Counted from the first letter of the stretch, positions 36,474 to 50,956 are shown. The stretch is 64,000 bases of DNA from Phallusia mammillata (GCA_965637545.1 OZ281497.1:17298001-17362000); one strand, 5' to 3'. The notes: a model not told the origin generated them from the sequence alone. Translations and numbers: made by a program.

Positions 36474-39397
36474 CTATATAGGATTGGCTTCTTTGCTCGG
36501 GATTTCCGGCCCCGGAACCACCGGATCCGACCAATGCACAGACAATTTTCTCGAATCCCTTTCGGGCAAATCCAAATCACATAAGTTCCTTACATCATCA
36601 GTTTTACGTGGCGATGACCTGCTACTTGCCCTTGAGTTTGATGAACGTACATAGTCTCTCAAAACTGACCACTTGGAATTATACTTTTTCCACTGCTGTG
36701 ATTCAGATGAAAGAGCAATTCGGTCACAAAACCCACGAATCCTGGAATCAACTCCCTGATCGTGCGTCAATTGATCTTTCATTGTGCCAGGAACGGCTTG
36801 CGATCCAACTTGATACTCGGTCGCTTTAGGCGTGTTAGAAAATCCACCAATTGGGCTATAGTAAGAGGTTTTTCTTGTAGGAGCCAAGAGTCGCTGGCGT
36901 TGTTGCATTCTCTGTAACTCACGAAGAGATTTTGCGTTGTTGGAAAGTCGACAGGAGGTTCTGCGGATCGGAAGAGTAGCGTTGGTGGTCGACGGTCTGG
37001 AAATGTCTGCGCTTTGTGTGCTTTCCTCACAAACACTTCTCGATCGAACTCTTGAACACTAATGAGACATAAAGATTTCGTGAAACGATATTTTCATCCT
37101 GAAATCTTTGCATGATAACTGCAAGTGCATTTATTCAACACGTGATAAAATATAATTTAAATGACAAAAAATCGTTTTCGAATGTATGTGAGTCAATTAT
37201 GCTGACACATCTTTGACAATGAACATTAATGTACATATCACTTAATTATTTTGACTACTTTTGTTTATCATCCAAATATACCAAGTAGTTCTATCTGTCC
37301 GTTAAACCAGGGGTCGGCAACCTTTTTTGCACTGCGGACCGTTTTTGAAACTAAAATTTTATCGCGGACCCGTCTTTAAAAAACTACATATATTTAGCAA
37401 TAAAAACGCCTAAATTAGTTTATCATCCCCGGGATACTTGGGCAAAATATTTAATAGCATTTAACCTGAAAACCTATACGGCCCGGTAACGAACTCCTCG
37501 CGGACCGGTACCGACCACTGCGTTAAACTAAAGGTAATTCAGCTTTGTACCTGTTGCGTTTGAACATCACGACGTGACTCTGGTCCAAAACTATCCCGGT
37601 TGCCAGAATATCGCATACTCTCTCTTCTCTCGCTCCACGATTCCCTTTTGACTCTGCTCTCTAAAATCTGTGGCAGAGTTGGGGAACTGTGCTCGCTGGT
37701 TTGTTGAGTTAGGAAGAACGACTGTGCAGGTTTCTTGGAGGTTTCTGCAAGTGATTCTCGCAGACGTTTGGTGTCCACCCGCTGCATCATTGCTTGTGAA
37801 AGATAGATCTCTGAAAGTTCCTTATAAAATATAAAGTCCTTATAAATCGTATAAATCAGTGTTTCTTAACCTTTTTAGCGCTTGTACCCCTTGAGATTTC
37901 ATGACATTTTCTCGTACCCCCTGTCTACAATGGCCAACGGAAGTAAACAATAATGGGAATTAAACTCAGTGTATTTATAACTTACGTGTTGAATGCATGC
38001 ATTAAAATAGTCTTGAAAGTTCAACAAAATTTACAGAACACCAACAATCAGTCAATTGAAATCAACTACACATAACAAAGTAACTTGTTACGCATTCTTC
38101 ACAAATATGCCTAAATAATGCATAATTTCACACTGACTGTCGTACCCCCTACTTTGGTGCTTCGTACCCCCAAGGGGTACATGTACCCCTGGTTAAGAAC
38201 CCCTGGTATAAATCATTGCAGGTTGTGTCAAAGTTGTAAGCGGGCCTAAACCAGCCCGAAAGTACAAGACTCGTTTCCGACCTGAAACCATTTTTTTGTT
38301 AAAACCATCCCCGAATTAGGCCCAAAACTGCAACACTAATGAGCACGAGTGCAAATACAGGTCAAAATCAAAACTCATTTAACTTAAGCCCAAACCCGAC
38401 CCGACTATGACTTAAAGTAGGGGCTACGACATGCAGGATGAAATTATATGCTATTTAGGCATATTTGTGAAGAATGCGTAACAAGTTACTTTGTTACAGT
38501 ATCCAGAACGGGTTGGTTTTGTACTACTTACAATACTGTTTTCACGCATGCATGCATACAACACCCAAGTTATAAATACACTGAGTTTAATTGTTACAAT
38601 TTTATTTACTTCCGTCGGCCATTTTAGACAGGGGGTACGAGAAAATTTTATGAAAGCTCAAAGGGTACGAGCGCAAAAAAGGTTAAGAAACACTGACTTA
38701 AAGCCTGCCCCGGACTTATAACTTTGGCTTATACCCCAATTTCTTAAGTTCACAAGCGATGTGGTGGGACATGAAAACATTGCTTTGTAGATTTTTACCG
38801 TATACCGTAACCAGCTTCACGTCGTTAAATACATGTCGTTGACTATTAATGTATAGCTCGGAATAGTACTTTAGATTCGATCACAAACAAAACGAACTAT
38901 TGGGCGACCAACAACTTTTTGTGGTATCAAACCGTCTCTCCAGGAGTCACTGACACCACTTTAGAAACCACTATTTTGTTTATTTCTAAATCAATTACTT
39001 TTTTGGTTACGATGCAAACGGTCCAATGATAATTTTAACATGTCTTAGTTAAAAAAGGCCTGCCTGTATACGTTGCATTGCTTCCCGATCTCTTGAGGCG
39101 CATATCCTTGCACTTGACTTCAAAGTGGAAGAGTTCTGGTTGGAAGAATTTATAACGTCCATGACGTAATCACGTGCTGCTTGTGTCCGGTTGTGCCAAA
39201 TTTCATCAGCTGTTTAGGTAGAGTGTATTTCAGCAAGCGAGTTGTTTTGGACACAGATTTTAGTTACCTTTAATCCGATAATCTTGGTTGATTGCTTTCA
39301 GTTTTTGCTGATGCTCGCCTTTCCACAAGATGGCGTTCTTTGTTATTGCGTATTTCAGATGAGGTGACAAAGACTCCAAATCGCTCGATATCGACAT
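36474..39397 (-). CDS. Uncharacterised Ser/Arg-rich protein, about 4 coding exons
   Basis: Phase-compatible exons MSISSDLESLSPHLKY..YRIK / ADEIWHNRTQAARDY.. / IYLSQAMMQRVD..QTQQ / CSRVRSRS..EANPI*. The exon 2 donor is uncertain. No family recognised. Confidence 0.6.
37308..37520. mobile_element. hAT-like MITE
   Basis: CAGGGGTCGG..CCGACCACTG termini; perfect TSD CGTTAAAC. Confidence 0.85.
37857..38205 (+). mobile_element. hAT-like MITE
   Basis: CAGTGTTTCTTAACC..GGTTAAGAACCCCTG termini; perfect TSD GTATAAAT. Confidence 0.9.
38418..38695 (-). mobile_element. Second, inverted copy of the 37857 MITE family
   Basis: Reverse complement of about 37857-38115; TSD ACTTAAAG at 38410-38417 and 38696-38703. 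Confidence 0.8.
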
Positions 39398-40745
39398 AAT
39401 GTCACGATATTGTACGTAAATTCACAGGCTTCAACGTTATGTCGAAAGGTATAACAATTTGTCAACGTATTAACTATAAATCACTATCTGCAGTTCAAAG
39501 TAAAATTCGATTCTTGTTCGTTGATCTGTTACAATAACGACTGTAATTTATAGTTACTGTCTTGAACTTAACTAATATGTAAACTATTTGAAATAAACTT
39601 AAAGGACAAATTACACCTTACTTGGCGGCAGAATATGCTATAGTTTCATTAAATCACTGCAGACTTCAATATGTACAGTGGACCTGGGTTAACTTATGGT
39701 TGAAACTTGTTGCTGTTGTATTCTGTCATGGTCGAAATTGCGTCTTATCACTTGTTTGCTTAACTCACTACTCTTAACTCCACTGTTCGAACGTTTTTGG
39801 CTTGTTATCTTGTTTTCTTAGGCGCAGACAATGTCATTGTTGCGAGTCCTAAACGAACGGATTGTTTGTTATCAGAGGGCAAGCGTAAGAAGTGAAAACG
39901 CAGCCAAACATGCGTTGGACCTTACCAAAAATCGTTTGTCTAAGTTCGTAATCCTAGCAAAACGTAATACCTGTTTGCTGTTTAAATTTGTAATTGGTAT
40001 TGTAAAGGTAACACGTTTCATACACTCTTCGATTTGCTGATCCTGCAGTTTTGACAAGTATTATTCTTTGCGTCCAAAATGACTAAATATAAGCCCTCTG
40101 TCACCAAACCGACCCTTACACATTGTCACAGTCCATTCGTAAATCACACAAGGCATATACTTTCGTCAACGTTAACACAATAACTTAGTCCGCAAGTCAA
40201 CACAAAAAATCGCCTTACAAATGGTTCTTCGGTTATAGTGGCGTGTATTTTTGAGGCAATATTTGCAAAAGATCAACACTTTACCAACAGACAAAGCTGT
40301 GTCAACACAGGCCGGTTTTTGACGCCATTTGTCTGGTTCCGTGTAATCTTTATAAGTTTCTAAGGGTATTGTTTACGCGGAAATAGATTTGCCGTGAAGT
40401 GGTTATCGTCATACAAGGGTGGGCAACTAAAAACCTTGAACATTATTTTTTTATTTCTCAAAACAACTTGAATCGTTTCCTACACTATACCAGAAAACAC
40501 TATTCTCAATGATTAACCAGGTTTTCGCATAGAAAGCTTGGCTTCTAAAGGATGAAACATATTGCAGACAATTATTTTATTAAAAGTTTTAAATACAGTG
40601 CTTGCGTCAGGCACAAGGTCGTGTTGTTTACGGCAAACTTCTTTAACAAAAAAATACTTGTTTCGGCGCACTTGAAAACTTGCACAAGTGCAGTTTCAGC
40701 GCAGAAGTTATTTCCGGCATTAGTCTGATAACAGGTACGTCTTCG

Positions 40746-43065
40746 TCACATGTACGTCATCTTCGTGTGACCACCAAACGTGACATCACGTGGTTTCGAA
40801 GGAAGTTCTTGTATTTGAAGTTCGCTGATGACTTCAAGGTTAGAAGACGGATGTTTTCCGCATCCATGTTGACCAAGGACTTTGGGTGGTAGATGACAGC
40901 AACATCCGACACTGACTCCTGAAATCAGTTAGAATGAACATAAATCCATACTGGGATCAACCTTCATGCAGACGAGCAATGATGACATTCGAACACATGA
41001 ATCGCAACTTAGACATTTTCAGGAATAAACCAGGCCTACTGAAGGTGTCATGCCGAATTAACCGATTATCAAGCATTCATTTATCGCAAGATATAGGTTA
41101 AAAATAAAGCCTGCGGTGGGATTTGAACTAATGACAGAAGCCTATTCGGGCCTGGCGCTATGACACGGTGGTAAGCCCACCAAAAGTCGAATCACAGCAT
41201 GGAATGCTTATAATTCATAACAAAACTTTCACTTGGTCTGGCGTATTCCTGAAAACGTTTAAGTTGTGCAACAACAGCAAGTCAATAGCATCAATAATAT
41301 TGGCAAGAACGTTTACCGGATCCGCTGCGACTCGCCACGTATGCTGCAGCAACCGTCGCAAGAACAGAATCTCTTCTCTTGGCGGCGTTTTTGCGTTCTC
41401 TTAAAAAGATTGGTTGCAGTTAACACGAGGTTGACACAAACTAAAACCACAACAACATCTTTAAAGACTACAGTGCGTCAGATTTGAAGGGGTGTATTCA
41501 AACCATATAGCAATTATTCTGGCTAGTTGAAACATACATATAAGTGTTATCCTTTCCTATCTTGCGAGAACTGTAAAACGAATTACGCTAACTTTGCCAT
41601 ACCCTTGTCATACCCAACATTTACACCTTGTGTTGCAGTTTTTATAATGTAGCGTACCTCCGCCAGATTGCGCTGCCAACCCATAGAAAAACCGCAGCTG
41701 CGTAGGAGAAGGCCACAGACCCCCAACCAACAAATATTCCATCCGAAAGTTCCATCGCCTTTCCCTCGTCCCAGGCAGAGTTAATGACATCAAGGCCATA
41801 CCAAGTACTTGCAACCAACGCGAAAGTTCCTGAAGAAATCGTGTGAGTTTTTATTCGTTGTTAATTAGCCTAAGCGCTTGTTGGATTACAAATGTAGCTA
41901 ACTATAAACTTATTGGTCACAAAGTTAAGACAGTAAACGTTCACCAATTTGAGATACCGTCCCAAGAAACAGGGTAATTGCAAAACTGTCTTAAAATTGC
42001 AGAATAGTTTAAAACCTGCAATTTTGCTTTCCTATTATACCTAATTTCTCAACTGCACTTTGTGAATAGATACAACAGCACAATAGGCATGACCAAAAAG
42101 AAGGCGCGTGCAAACACTAAAAAATCAGTAGTATGCAAAATAGTTCAAACTTTACCGGATAAAGACCACACGAGGGCGCTCCAGCGAGTTAGTTTCTCTT
42201 TGGTTTTAAGGGAGAGTGTGAAAAGCAAAACACATTTCATTCCGAGTACGTTGAGAAGAAGAGCAAAGAAACTAAGCAGACATGCTGTTATCATCAGTCC
42301 TCTGCATACGATCCTTTGCGCTACAAGCAAAAAAATGGATTATATTTTTTCTAATCCTTTTTCAAAAAAAGACTAATCCTAAACATTTGGTCCTGGCAGT
42401 TTTTACGCTTTCGTCTATACCTAGTAATAATTTATTTTCCTTTACCTCCGTGTGATCCAAGTAACGAGCCAGAAAGCCATTTTCCACAAAGTCCTGTTGA
42501 ACTGCAAAATTTCCATAACCCATAGCAGTTTTCATAGGGTGAAATCTAAACAAAAAACAAATGGGAATTTTAACAAATACCAAAAATATTGTTTTGTTTC
42601 AAATGACATTTTGCGCTAGTTTCGCGCTTATTGCCACACAATGTTTAATGCCACGTGATAACAAACATCGCGTCAACCTAAACCACGTGATTGGTTTGCA
42701 TCTTGTCATAAACGATTCGACTAATTTAGCGGTATCTATTCTTTAGTATTCAGTTTCGCTCCAAATCTAATTTGGGCGATCACTTACAAAAACACACTTG
42801 GTTGCACCCATGATGGTACAGTGGTTATGTTTCGTTTACGTTTTTTTCCCAACCCGATTTGCGCAAAAGTTTACAGATCTAGAACATTTTAAAGTTATGT
42901 ATGCTAATATAAAAGCAAACTTACCGAAGCCTCTGCATAGCTAACATACCAGCAAGGTGTAATTGTAACAAATACGTAGGACGAGGCAGCTGCCAAACCA
43001 AGTAGAAAACCACATACTGTGCAAGTTGGTGCAGCAGCGCTTGAGCAATCACCGTCGCCACCCAT
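40746..43065 (-). CDS. Claudin-like tetraspan protein, about 6 exons, long Cys-rich C-tail
   Basis: TM1 CGFLLGLAAASSYVFVTITPCW; ECL1 signature YGLWKFCSSTGLC; CRGLMITACLL..LGMKC; TM4 GIFVGWGSVAF. Phase of the last exon is uncertain. Confidence 0.8.
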
Positions 43066-43851
43066 TATTAACGCCTGCACCGTATTTATTACAACATGCC
43101 CTACCCGTAACTGCTCCACACGCTAAGTGATAATCAACTGAAATCTCTGGACCTTTGTTTGCTAAAGATAGTTGTAACAAACCTCTCATGCACATACGTT
43201 GGCAAATAATCAACAACAAGGTACACATTTAAAAATATTACCAACTGGCATTCTTCCAATGCAAGAAAAAGGCACAAAGAATTTTGAACGCACTGTTTTC
43301 GCACCTTTTGGGAAACGTTTAGCAACAAGGCGTTAATGTCCAAGAAACAAGACAACGTCGGTACCAAGTAAGGTTCAAATGAGGATAAGGACACAGTAAC
43401 AAGCCGAGCCGCATTTACACGATTGCAGGCAGCGACCTATAAAGTTTTTGAGCCTTTTTTTACACATTTTTTATTTCATGTTGATATTTTTTACCTCCCT
43501 GCATTTTTATACAACTTGCATTTAATTTTTTGGCATGCAGACATTACTTAACTTTAACACCACATCATGTGGCTAATAATTGGGAAAATAAAACATGTAG
43601 AAAACATTTTATCAGTCTTGCTGGGGATTTAGCATGTTTAGAGGTTGATTGCTTGACTAGATTTGCCAGGATAACAAAGGTGACTGACTGTTACACATCA
43701 ACATTTTCACTGTAATATAAAACAAAACTACAAAGATTTTTGAACATATAACGAAGGTAATCTGGTATTCAACCTTTCTGTTTTCACATCGTCAAGGTTC
43801 ACTGTCAAATGAAACACAACAGAAGAGCTTTTACAGCCTGCATATGACAGC

Positions 43852-45400
43852 TCAGTCAGCCTGCATTTCACTGGTGATCATGTCATGATACTGAGACTTC
43901 CACACCATGATGTTGGACTTGCCGTAGAGCTACATAGTAAACATGTGTGCAACAATGATTAATTCAATGCATATTTATACAAAAAAAAATATGAGAGTAC
44001 ATGCAATACTGTATTTTTGCATAGATAGGTATAAACTCAAAAATAATCCAATTCGGTAACTTAACTGATTTTTACAAAAAGTAACAACAGTAGTGTTTGA
44101 TGTACAAAGGGTCAGACATTATTGTTCTTTGTACTACATACTGCTATGATTACTCTAGTACTTTCATTTATTGCTCACACCGAAATCAGGTAAGAGAATA
44201 GGATGTTTTTTTCTGGTTGATTTCAAGTTATTTACCTTGGTGACGAATTCAAGTATTTGCTTTTTGCTTATTTCATGTTCAGTTCTCAGTCCCCATCTAT
44301 AGTTAAACTGTGGTGGATCACAGTTTGGAACTTTTGTGACTTCAATATACCTGTAATCAAGTTTAAATGCAACTTAATAATACACAGAATGTTGCTGCCA
44401 AATTAGTGATCACTAATCAAACATACATTTGTCTTGCAAACTCCTGGTGTAGTAATTTTTTAACATCTCCAAACACAGCATGAGGTTTGTCTTTTTCAAT
44501 TCCCAAACCTTTGAGCGCATTCCATAATGTTCCTAAATTGGTGCAAGTATATACATGCAGGTAAAGCATTTGAAATTTCAGCCTGGCATGTCAAGAAATA
44601 AATCAACCCTTACCATCGGACATGGAATTTCCTGACATAAATATTAGTGTCAGCACAGTCAACAGCAGTCCACGCTTAGAATTTCCTTTCCTGTTAAAAA
44701 TACAAAATGACCTTATCAAGAGATAACATAATATATGAGGAAAGTAGGAAGCAGTTTATACACTTTTCAGTTTAGTACCAGTTCATCATTTCACTGCTGT
44801 TGGATTGATCCAGTACTGATACAAGAATATAAGCTTTTTTGGGAGCTTCACCAATTTCTACAAGCTGTAACCCAAATACATCATGAAGTTTTTTTTCAAC
44901 ATGTTTCATCACTTCAGCATAGGATGATTTGTGATCCTGGATGATATAAAAAAATGTTAAATAGGATCGAAAATAGGATTGAACACATGTGCAATTGTTT
45001 TAAAACTTATAAATATTGACAAAATCTATTATTGTATGTGGGTAACAATCTGTCATTTTCAGGCAGTTCTTTAAGATACCATTACACATGACAAATTAAA
45101 TTTTAATGAACCCATACCATGAGACCTGTCAATCAAGAGGGCCAGGGTAAGAAATTTAATCTGACTGGATATTAAAGTAAGATATGTAAGTTTAAATGCG
45201 AAATACCTTCATGACATATTTGTTAATGTCTGCTCTTTTTATTGGAATTTTTCGTTGCTCCCAAACAAGAAACAGGTGAACAACATTGTTTGCCTGAAAA
45301 AAGTAAACGTCAGTAAGGTCAGTGCCGCAAAATAGTAAAAAAAATGTGGACGTACCTTTCGTTGAATTTCACTAGAACCCAGGGTTTGTGATTGACTCAT
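43852..45400 (-). CDS. NSMCE3: MAGE-domain protein, SMC5/6 complex subunit NSE3 homolog, 7 exons
   Basis: Spliced ...KIPIKRADI..VFGLQLVEI..YILV..KRGLLLTVLTLIFMSGN..HAVFGDVKKLLHQEFARQMYIE..FNYRWGLRTEHEISKKQILEFV matches MAGE homology domain motifs. Confidence 0.88.
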
Positions 45401-46247
45401 AGCAGATGCAATTAGAGGTTTCCGAACCTCAACCAACCTCCAACTGATTCGCGAAAGTTGCAGTTTGCGCGGTAAAGCTGTGAGCGCCGTCGAACCACGA
45501 AAGGGAATTTCCCCAGGCTAGAGAAATCAAATATTTTTTTCTCTCCAAAGTATCCACTGTAATAAAACTACAATGTTTGTATTGCAACAAAATGTTTTTA
45601 TTACAAAACGTTTATAATTTCTTTTATCGTGTTTTCATTGATCGAAGCGAAAAAATTGATCATTGGCTACACTAAATCAAAAGATAGAATAAGTAAATAA
45701 TTTGTGGGTAAACATTCTCATTAATCAAATACAGTATTGTTAGTCGTGTTTTTTTGTTTTATCTGATCTTAGAGCTATACTTTATTCGGCGTCAGTGTTT
45801 GAACGAAAGCGTGCATTTTGAGCCAGATCAACACAACTTCCAAAGTCAGGTTCTGCAATACGTATAGGCCACACTCGCATGCGATCAAGCTTGAGCGCTG
45901 TAAAATATTAAACATACTTTGGTTTTTGATATTGAACTTTGGCACAGTCCGTCGCTGGCTCCCATTTTTTTCTCACACCACGGTCGCCGTTTACACAATC
46001 GCGATTACAGTTGTCAGATACGGTGACATGGTAGGTCAATATTTGCCATTTTAATGCTGAATAATGCTCTGTTGGTCGGATCTTTGGCACTCACAAACGA
46101 ATTTTTGACAGTGTGTGTGCTGGTTGTTTTTTGCAGTAATTACACTCCGAAATACATTTATTGTACGTTGATACTATTTTAAACTTAATTTATATTTTCA
46201 TTTTTGCATTGATTTCCTAAGGCTGGATTACTGACGCTTGCTGCACC

Positions 46248-49200
46248 ATGTCTAAGGAAGCTGAAAACTTATTGGGTGAAACAGTCGACCTGCTTCCAAA
46301 AGAATGCTTACCAGGCGCAAAGAAAATGGCGGAATTTATCAAAGAGTGTTTCGTGGATCGAGGCATGCCAAACGAAACTGAAGGTTATCAACTGCAACCT
46401 GGTTTTGAACCAGAGACCGCAAAGTATGCTTACGACAAGTTGCAACTGGGCAAAGGAGATATTATAGTCTCAACTTATCCCAAAACAGGTAGGCAAATTG
46501 TTAAATACGTTTTTAGGGGACAACCAATACGTTTATTGCGACGTTGCTTGTGTGTAAATTGGTCTGTCATTATCTAAACCAGGGGTCACCAAACTTTTTT
46601 CACTGCGGGCCGGATAAGTTTAATAATAATTCGCGCGGGCCGGATAGTTTACATGGCCTAGCGCCGTCTTTCCGAACTTAGCCGAATTTCCGAAATAGGG
46701 GCGCGCGCGGGATATGGTCTTTCTATAATCCCATTAAAAATCTGGTCATGCGACTATTAAATTGTATAGTTAGTCTCATCTTACAAGCAATGCTTGTATA
46801 TTACGTCACAAGTGACCAAAGAAAGCAATTGTTTGCGCACAATTAACACTACATGTAGTTTTGTTTGTGACGTAACAAACTGACTTTGGGTCAATCCTCG
46901 GCGTTGTAATCCCACAAAACAAGGTAATATCAATTCTACATATCGCGACAGGAAAACTTTCGTAACAAGTAGATTAATTTTTAAATGTTACAAAGTTATC
47001 AATGCGATTTTACAAACCATAAAATGTGGTCGCGGGCCGGATGAAATGACCTCGCGGGCCTGATCCGGCCCGCGGGCCGTAGTTTGGTGACCCCTGATCT
47101 AAACAATGGTATTTTTTTAATGTCCAGTGGGTAACTTTATCAAATTTTACGAAACCCCTAAAAATAATAGTTAAAAATAAATAGCAGAATACAAATAGGT
47201 TACACAGAGTTACAGTTGACTTTATAGTTGCCGAGAAAACGATTTACTTAAACGCATTGCCATGTTGCATGGGTTGTCGTTTATATTCTTCACTTGCAAT
47301 TCGACCGCAGAGTAGGCCTACTGTAGAATCAATTTCGTAATCTTGACCCTAGAATGATGGAAAAGGTGAACCACACTGTATATGCCAGCATTACTGTTCG
47401 CAAAGATACTATTATATTTGATTTAACCCTTGCGAAACTCCGGTGGGCGTTGCATGGAACCATAAGCTACCGCGAAACCCCGGTTAAAAGAGCGCTGACC
47501 TGGTTGGCTTCAACAAAAACAAAGACTTACGCTGCGGGTAAACGCAGAACAAACTTGGAGCTATATGTTACTGTACGTTGTCGGTAAACATCAAATATCA
47601 ACACAGTGCATTTTACGACGCAGTGTCACGGTTAAGTATTATGTCGTTACACATTTTGTACTGCAGGTACAACATGGATGCTGGCTATTGTAAATCATAT
47701 CTTGCACGGAAATAACCCAGAGAAGATGCAGAAGTATCAAAAACTTCGACAGTTTATTGGCTACCTTGAATTTAACCATGGTAATAATAATAAGTTATAA
47801 AACTAACAAACTGGGTGACGGTATGTTTAGTTGTCAAAAATTTTTGCGCCTTTTGAGCAATAAAAATGTTCATTCCATCAACAACGATCATTCTATCAAT
47901 GCCTTATATTTGGCAACAATACTATGTTGCACCATACACAGTGTGAGACTTGCTGCTACATGTGCTGTCTCAACATGTTTTTCTGTTCGGAAAAGACTCC
48001 CTGTATTTGCTCAAAGGTTCATGTACGCGCCGATAACATTCCTGCCGAGTTGCTCTTATTTTATCTCTCTTCTAGTGTTTATGACGAAGCTGGAATCAAT
48101 AACGCCTAGCTGTACGTTTCAATTTTAACAAAGCCTATGTCCCACACATAATTATGCAACAATTGCTTGAAACTATTTGAGACTCTAACTAATTATTTAA
48201 CCAACTAAACTTACCCTCGTATTTTCGTCTTTCACAGTTTCGAAGTACGTCGACGTATGGGAAAAACTATCGTTTCCGCAGCAAGTGTTCGGAACCCATC
48301 TACCCGCCCCTTTGATCAATTTGAAACGATATCGGGAGAATGGGGTGAAGGTGATAACAATTAACAGTTTAAAATCAAAAAATCCATAAAAAAGTTTTTT
48401 TTTATATAATAAGCTTAATTATTACTACTAATTCAGAATAATTTACTTTGAAGGTTTGTGGCTTTTGCTTTTCTGTGTGTCAAATAAAGTTCAATATAAT
48501 GGTTAAAAAAATGTTTTTTCAGGTTATATACGTGATACGAAATCCAAAAGATCAACTTGTCTCTTGGCGAAACTTTGTCATGAAGTTTCCTTACGCCAAG
48601 TATGACTTCTGGAAATCGTGTTTTCCCGAAAACGAAACAGAGTTTTACGACAAATACTTGGAAGGTATGAAACTTATTCTCTGAAAAATTATTGAAACTT
48701 TGAAGGTGGCGTAAGGATGGCGACAAACTTACTAGTCAGAGCTAAGTTAAATTGTTTCATTATTAACAGGAAAACAATACGCCTTTGCCAAGGAAGGCGA
48801 AGGTTATTTGGAGATTTTGCGAGAATGGTATGCTCATAAAGGCGACAATATCTTGTTCGTGGTCTTTGAAAAACTAAAAAAGGTGTGTTTACTTTACAAT
48901 TAAAAAGCAGTTGCTGTTTTTTTTCCAATATTCCAAAAAACATACAGAATCCTAACGAGGAAATAAAAAAGATAGCAGAGTTTATTGGTAAGCCTTTATC
49001 AAATGAAGAGTTACAAAACGTTGTCGACAAGACTTCTTTCAATTCGATGAAAAAAGAATACGGAAAATTGTATTCAGAAAAATTTGGCATCACAATGTTT
49101 CGCAAAGGTTTGTCAAATAAGGATGTCATTGGAAATTGTTCGTTACAAAAACAACAATAATGTATTTTAGGTGAAATTGGAGAGTGGAAAAACCATCTTA

Positions 49201-49280
49201 CAGTGGCACAATCAGAATTAATTGATCGCAAAGTTGAACAAGTTCTCGGGGAAACAGACATCAAATTTATTTATGAATAA
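46248..49280 (+). CDS. Cytosolic PAPS-dependent sulfotransferase (SULT family), 7 exons
   Basis: 5'-PSB loop TYPKTGTTW, THLP, 3'-PB RNPKD..S, C-terminal RKGEIGEWKN; in-frame GT-AG splicing to TAA 49278-49280. Confidence 0.93.
46580..47096. mobile_element. hAT-like MITE in SULT intron 1
   Basis: TIR CAGGGGTCACCAAACT; perfect TSD ATCTAAAC. Confidence 0.9.
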
Positions 49281-50956
49281 ATATGCTGAAGTAAAACTGG
49301 CTAAATGCTACGAACCATTTTTTGTGAGAATAAACTTCGTGGATCACTAATCACCATTACCATCCTTTTTCGAAACATGTAACCCAAATTAATTGCATCC
49401 AATTTTTTCTGACAAACCAGTTTTTTAACTAAACTTTATGTTTTTAACTTCACGCTTTATTGGCTTTGAATCAATAAAAGCATAGATAACTTAATTCACT
49501 AGATGCGCAACTCGGCGAAATCGCTCAGACAGGTCACGCTTGAATGAACCAGTACACATGGGCTTCTTTACAATGGCGGGTAATGGGTGAAGAGTGAAGA
49601 TATTGGCAAAAAATCGCAATTTCTTGCATTAAACGTCAAATAACTTTGGAATTGAAGTGATAATAAACTTGCAGGTTACGTAAGTGTCATGTATCTCGTG
49701 TATTTTATTCGTTTTTAAAAGTTTATTGTGTGTTTTAAAAGGATCACTAACCGTTTTTGTTTGATTGATTTTTTATGTCAAATATACCGTGGACAAGACT
49801 AAATTCTCGTATTTGTGATTTGGTTGTATTTCTGTGTAATAGCTAGGTAGCCACACCGTGCCAGCCAAAATCAAACAGTAATTCTTTTAGAGCATTCATA
49901 TGTGAAGATCACATTAAAAAAGCGATCTGCTGATTATTGGTTGCAGAAAAAAGTTAAAAATTGGTGCTTTGCCATCCAAAAAAATTCCTAAACAGCAGTA
50001 CAGAAAAAAATTGGTAACATTGCCTATGAACATATAAATGTTTATTACAGCTAAAATCATTTGTTGTGGCCAAGACAAGCAAAAAAGCACCATTTTACAG
50101 AAAGGTTCTTTCATAAGTTAAACACCACAGCGTTAAAAGTGTTGAGAAAGCTTTTAAACAATTAGGTCCTCAGCTGAAAGTTAGTACACACTTCTTAAGT
50201 TAACAATTCATTTTAAACAAGAAGTTGTACAACATTTAGAAAAGTGGCCATTTTACAGAAAAGGCAAATACCTTTTGGTAGAACAATATAAAAATAAAAT
50301 TGTTAAAGCATACATAAGGTACAGTTATGTTTATTCTGAATTAATCTGGGTTTCTGTATGTTATAATTTTTGTGGTAGACTTTGCATCTCAAGCAATGTT
50401 GAGGTTAAATGGGCTCCATTTTATGGATGGTGAGTTAAACCACTATCCTTGGGTATTACTCCATTGAGGAAATCAACTTTAAATGCATTTTTAAGTATAA
50501 CACCTGCTTTTAAAACAAGATAGTTTTATCATTAGGTTTTTATAGTTTTTTTTGCATCATCACAGGGGAGTTGGATAACTTAAAACTTTGTATGGGAGTA
50601 AGCAGGAAAAACAAGAATATTAACAAACATGTCATACAAGCATGGAACACCCTGACAGGCACAATCATAATTCGCTCACCTCATTGCAATGTAGCCAGTA
50701 GATATGCCAACACATTTAAAACTAGATCACCTAATCTTCAAACACAGTAACAGAAAAAGGGCCGGTAATGTGTAAAATGTGTGCAAAGTATGGCAAAAAA
50801 TGGAACGCAACAGAGTGCAGCAAATGAAATCCAGTGCAACTAGTGAAGAAGAATTGGTAACAGTGGATGACCGAATTCATTAGGATATCTTGGTATGCAG
50901 ATTCAAATGTTTCTCATTTAATTTTGGAACAGTAATGTGTCATTTCCCATCTGCAG

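Noticed and set aside
41105-41190. B-box-like GTTCAAATCC on the minus strand (tRNA or SINE?)
   Set aside because: No A-box or cloverleaf could be built; at most a SINE fragment.
45503-45512. NF-kB consensus GGGAATTTCC between divergent NSE3 and SULT genes
   Set aside because: A single 10-mer of a degenerate consensus is plausible by chance; no supporting evidence.
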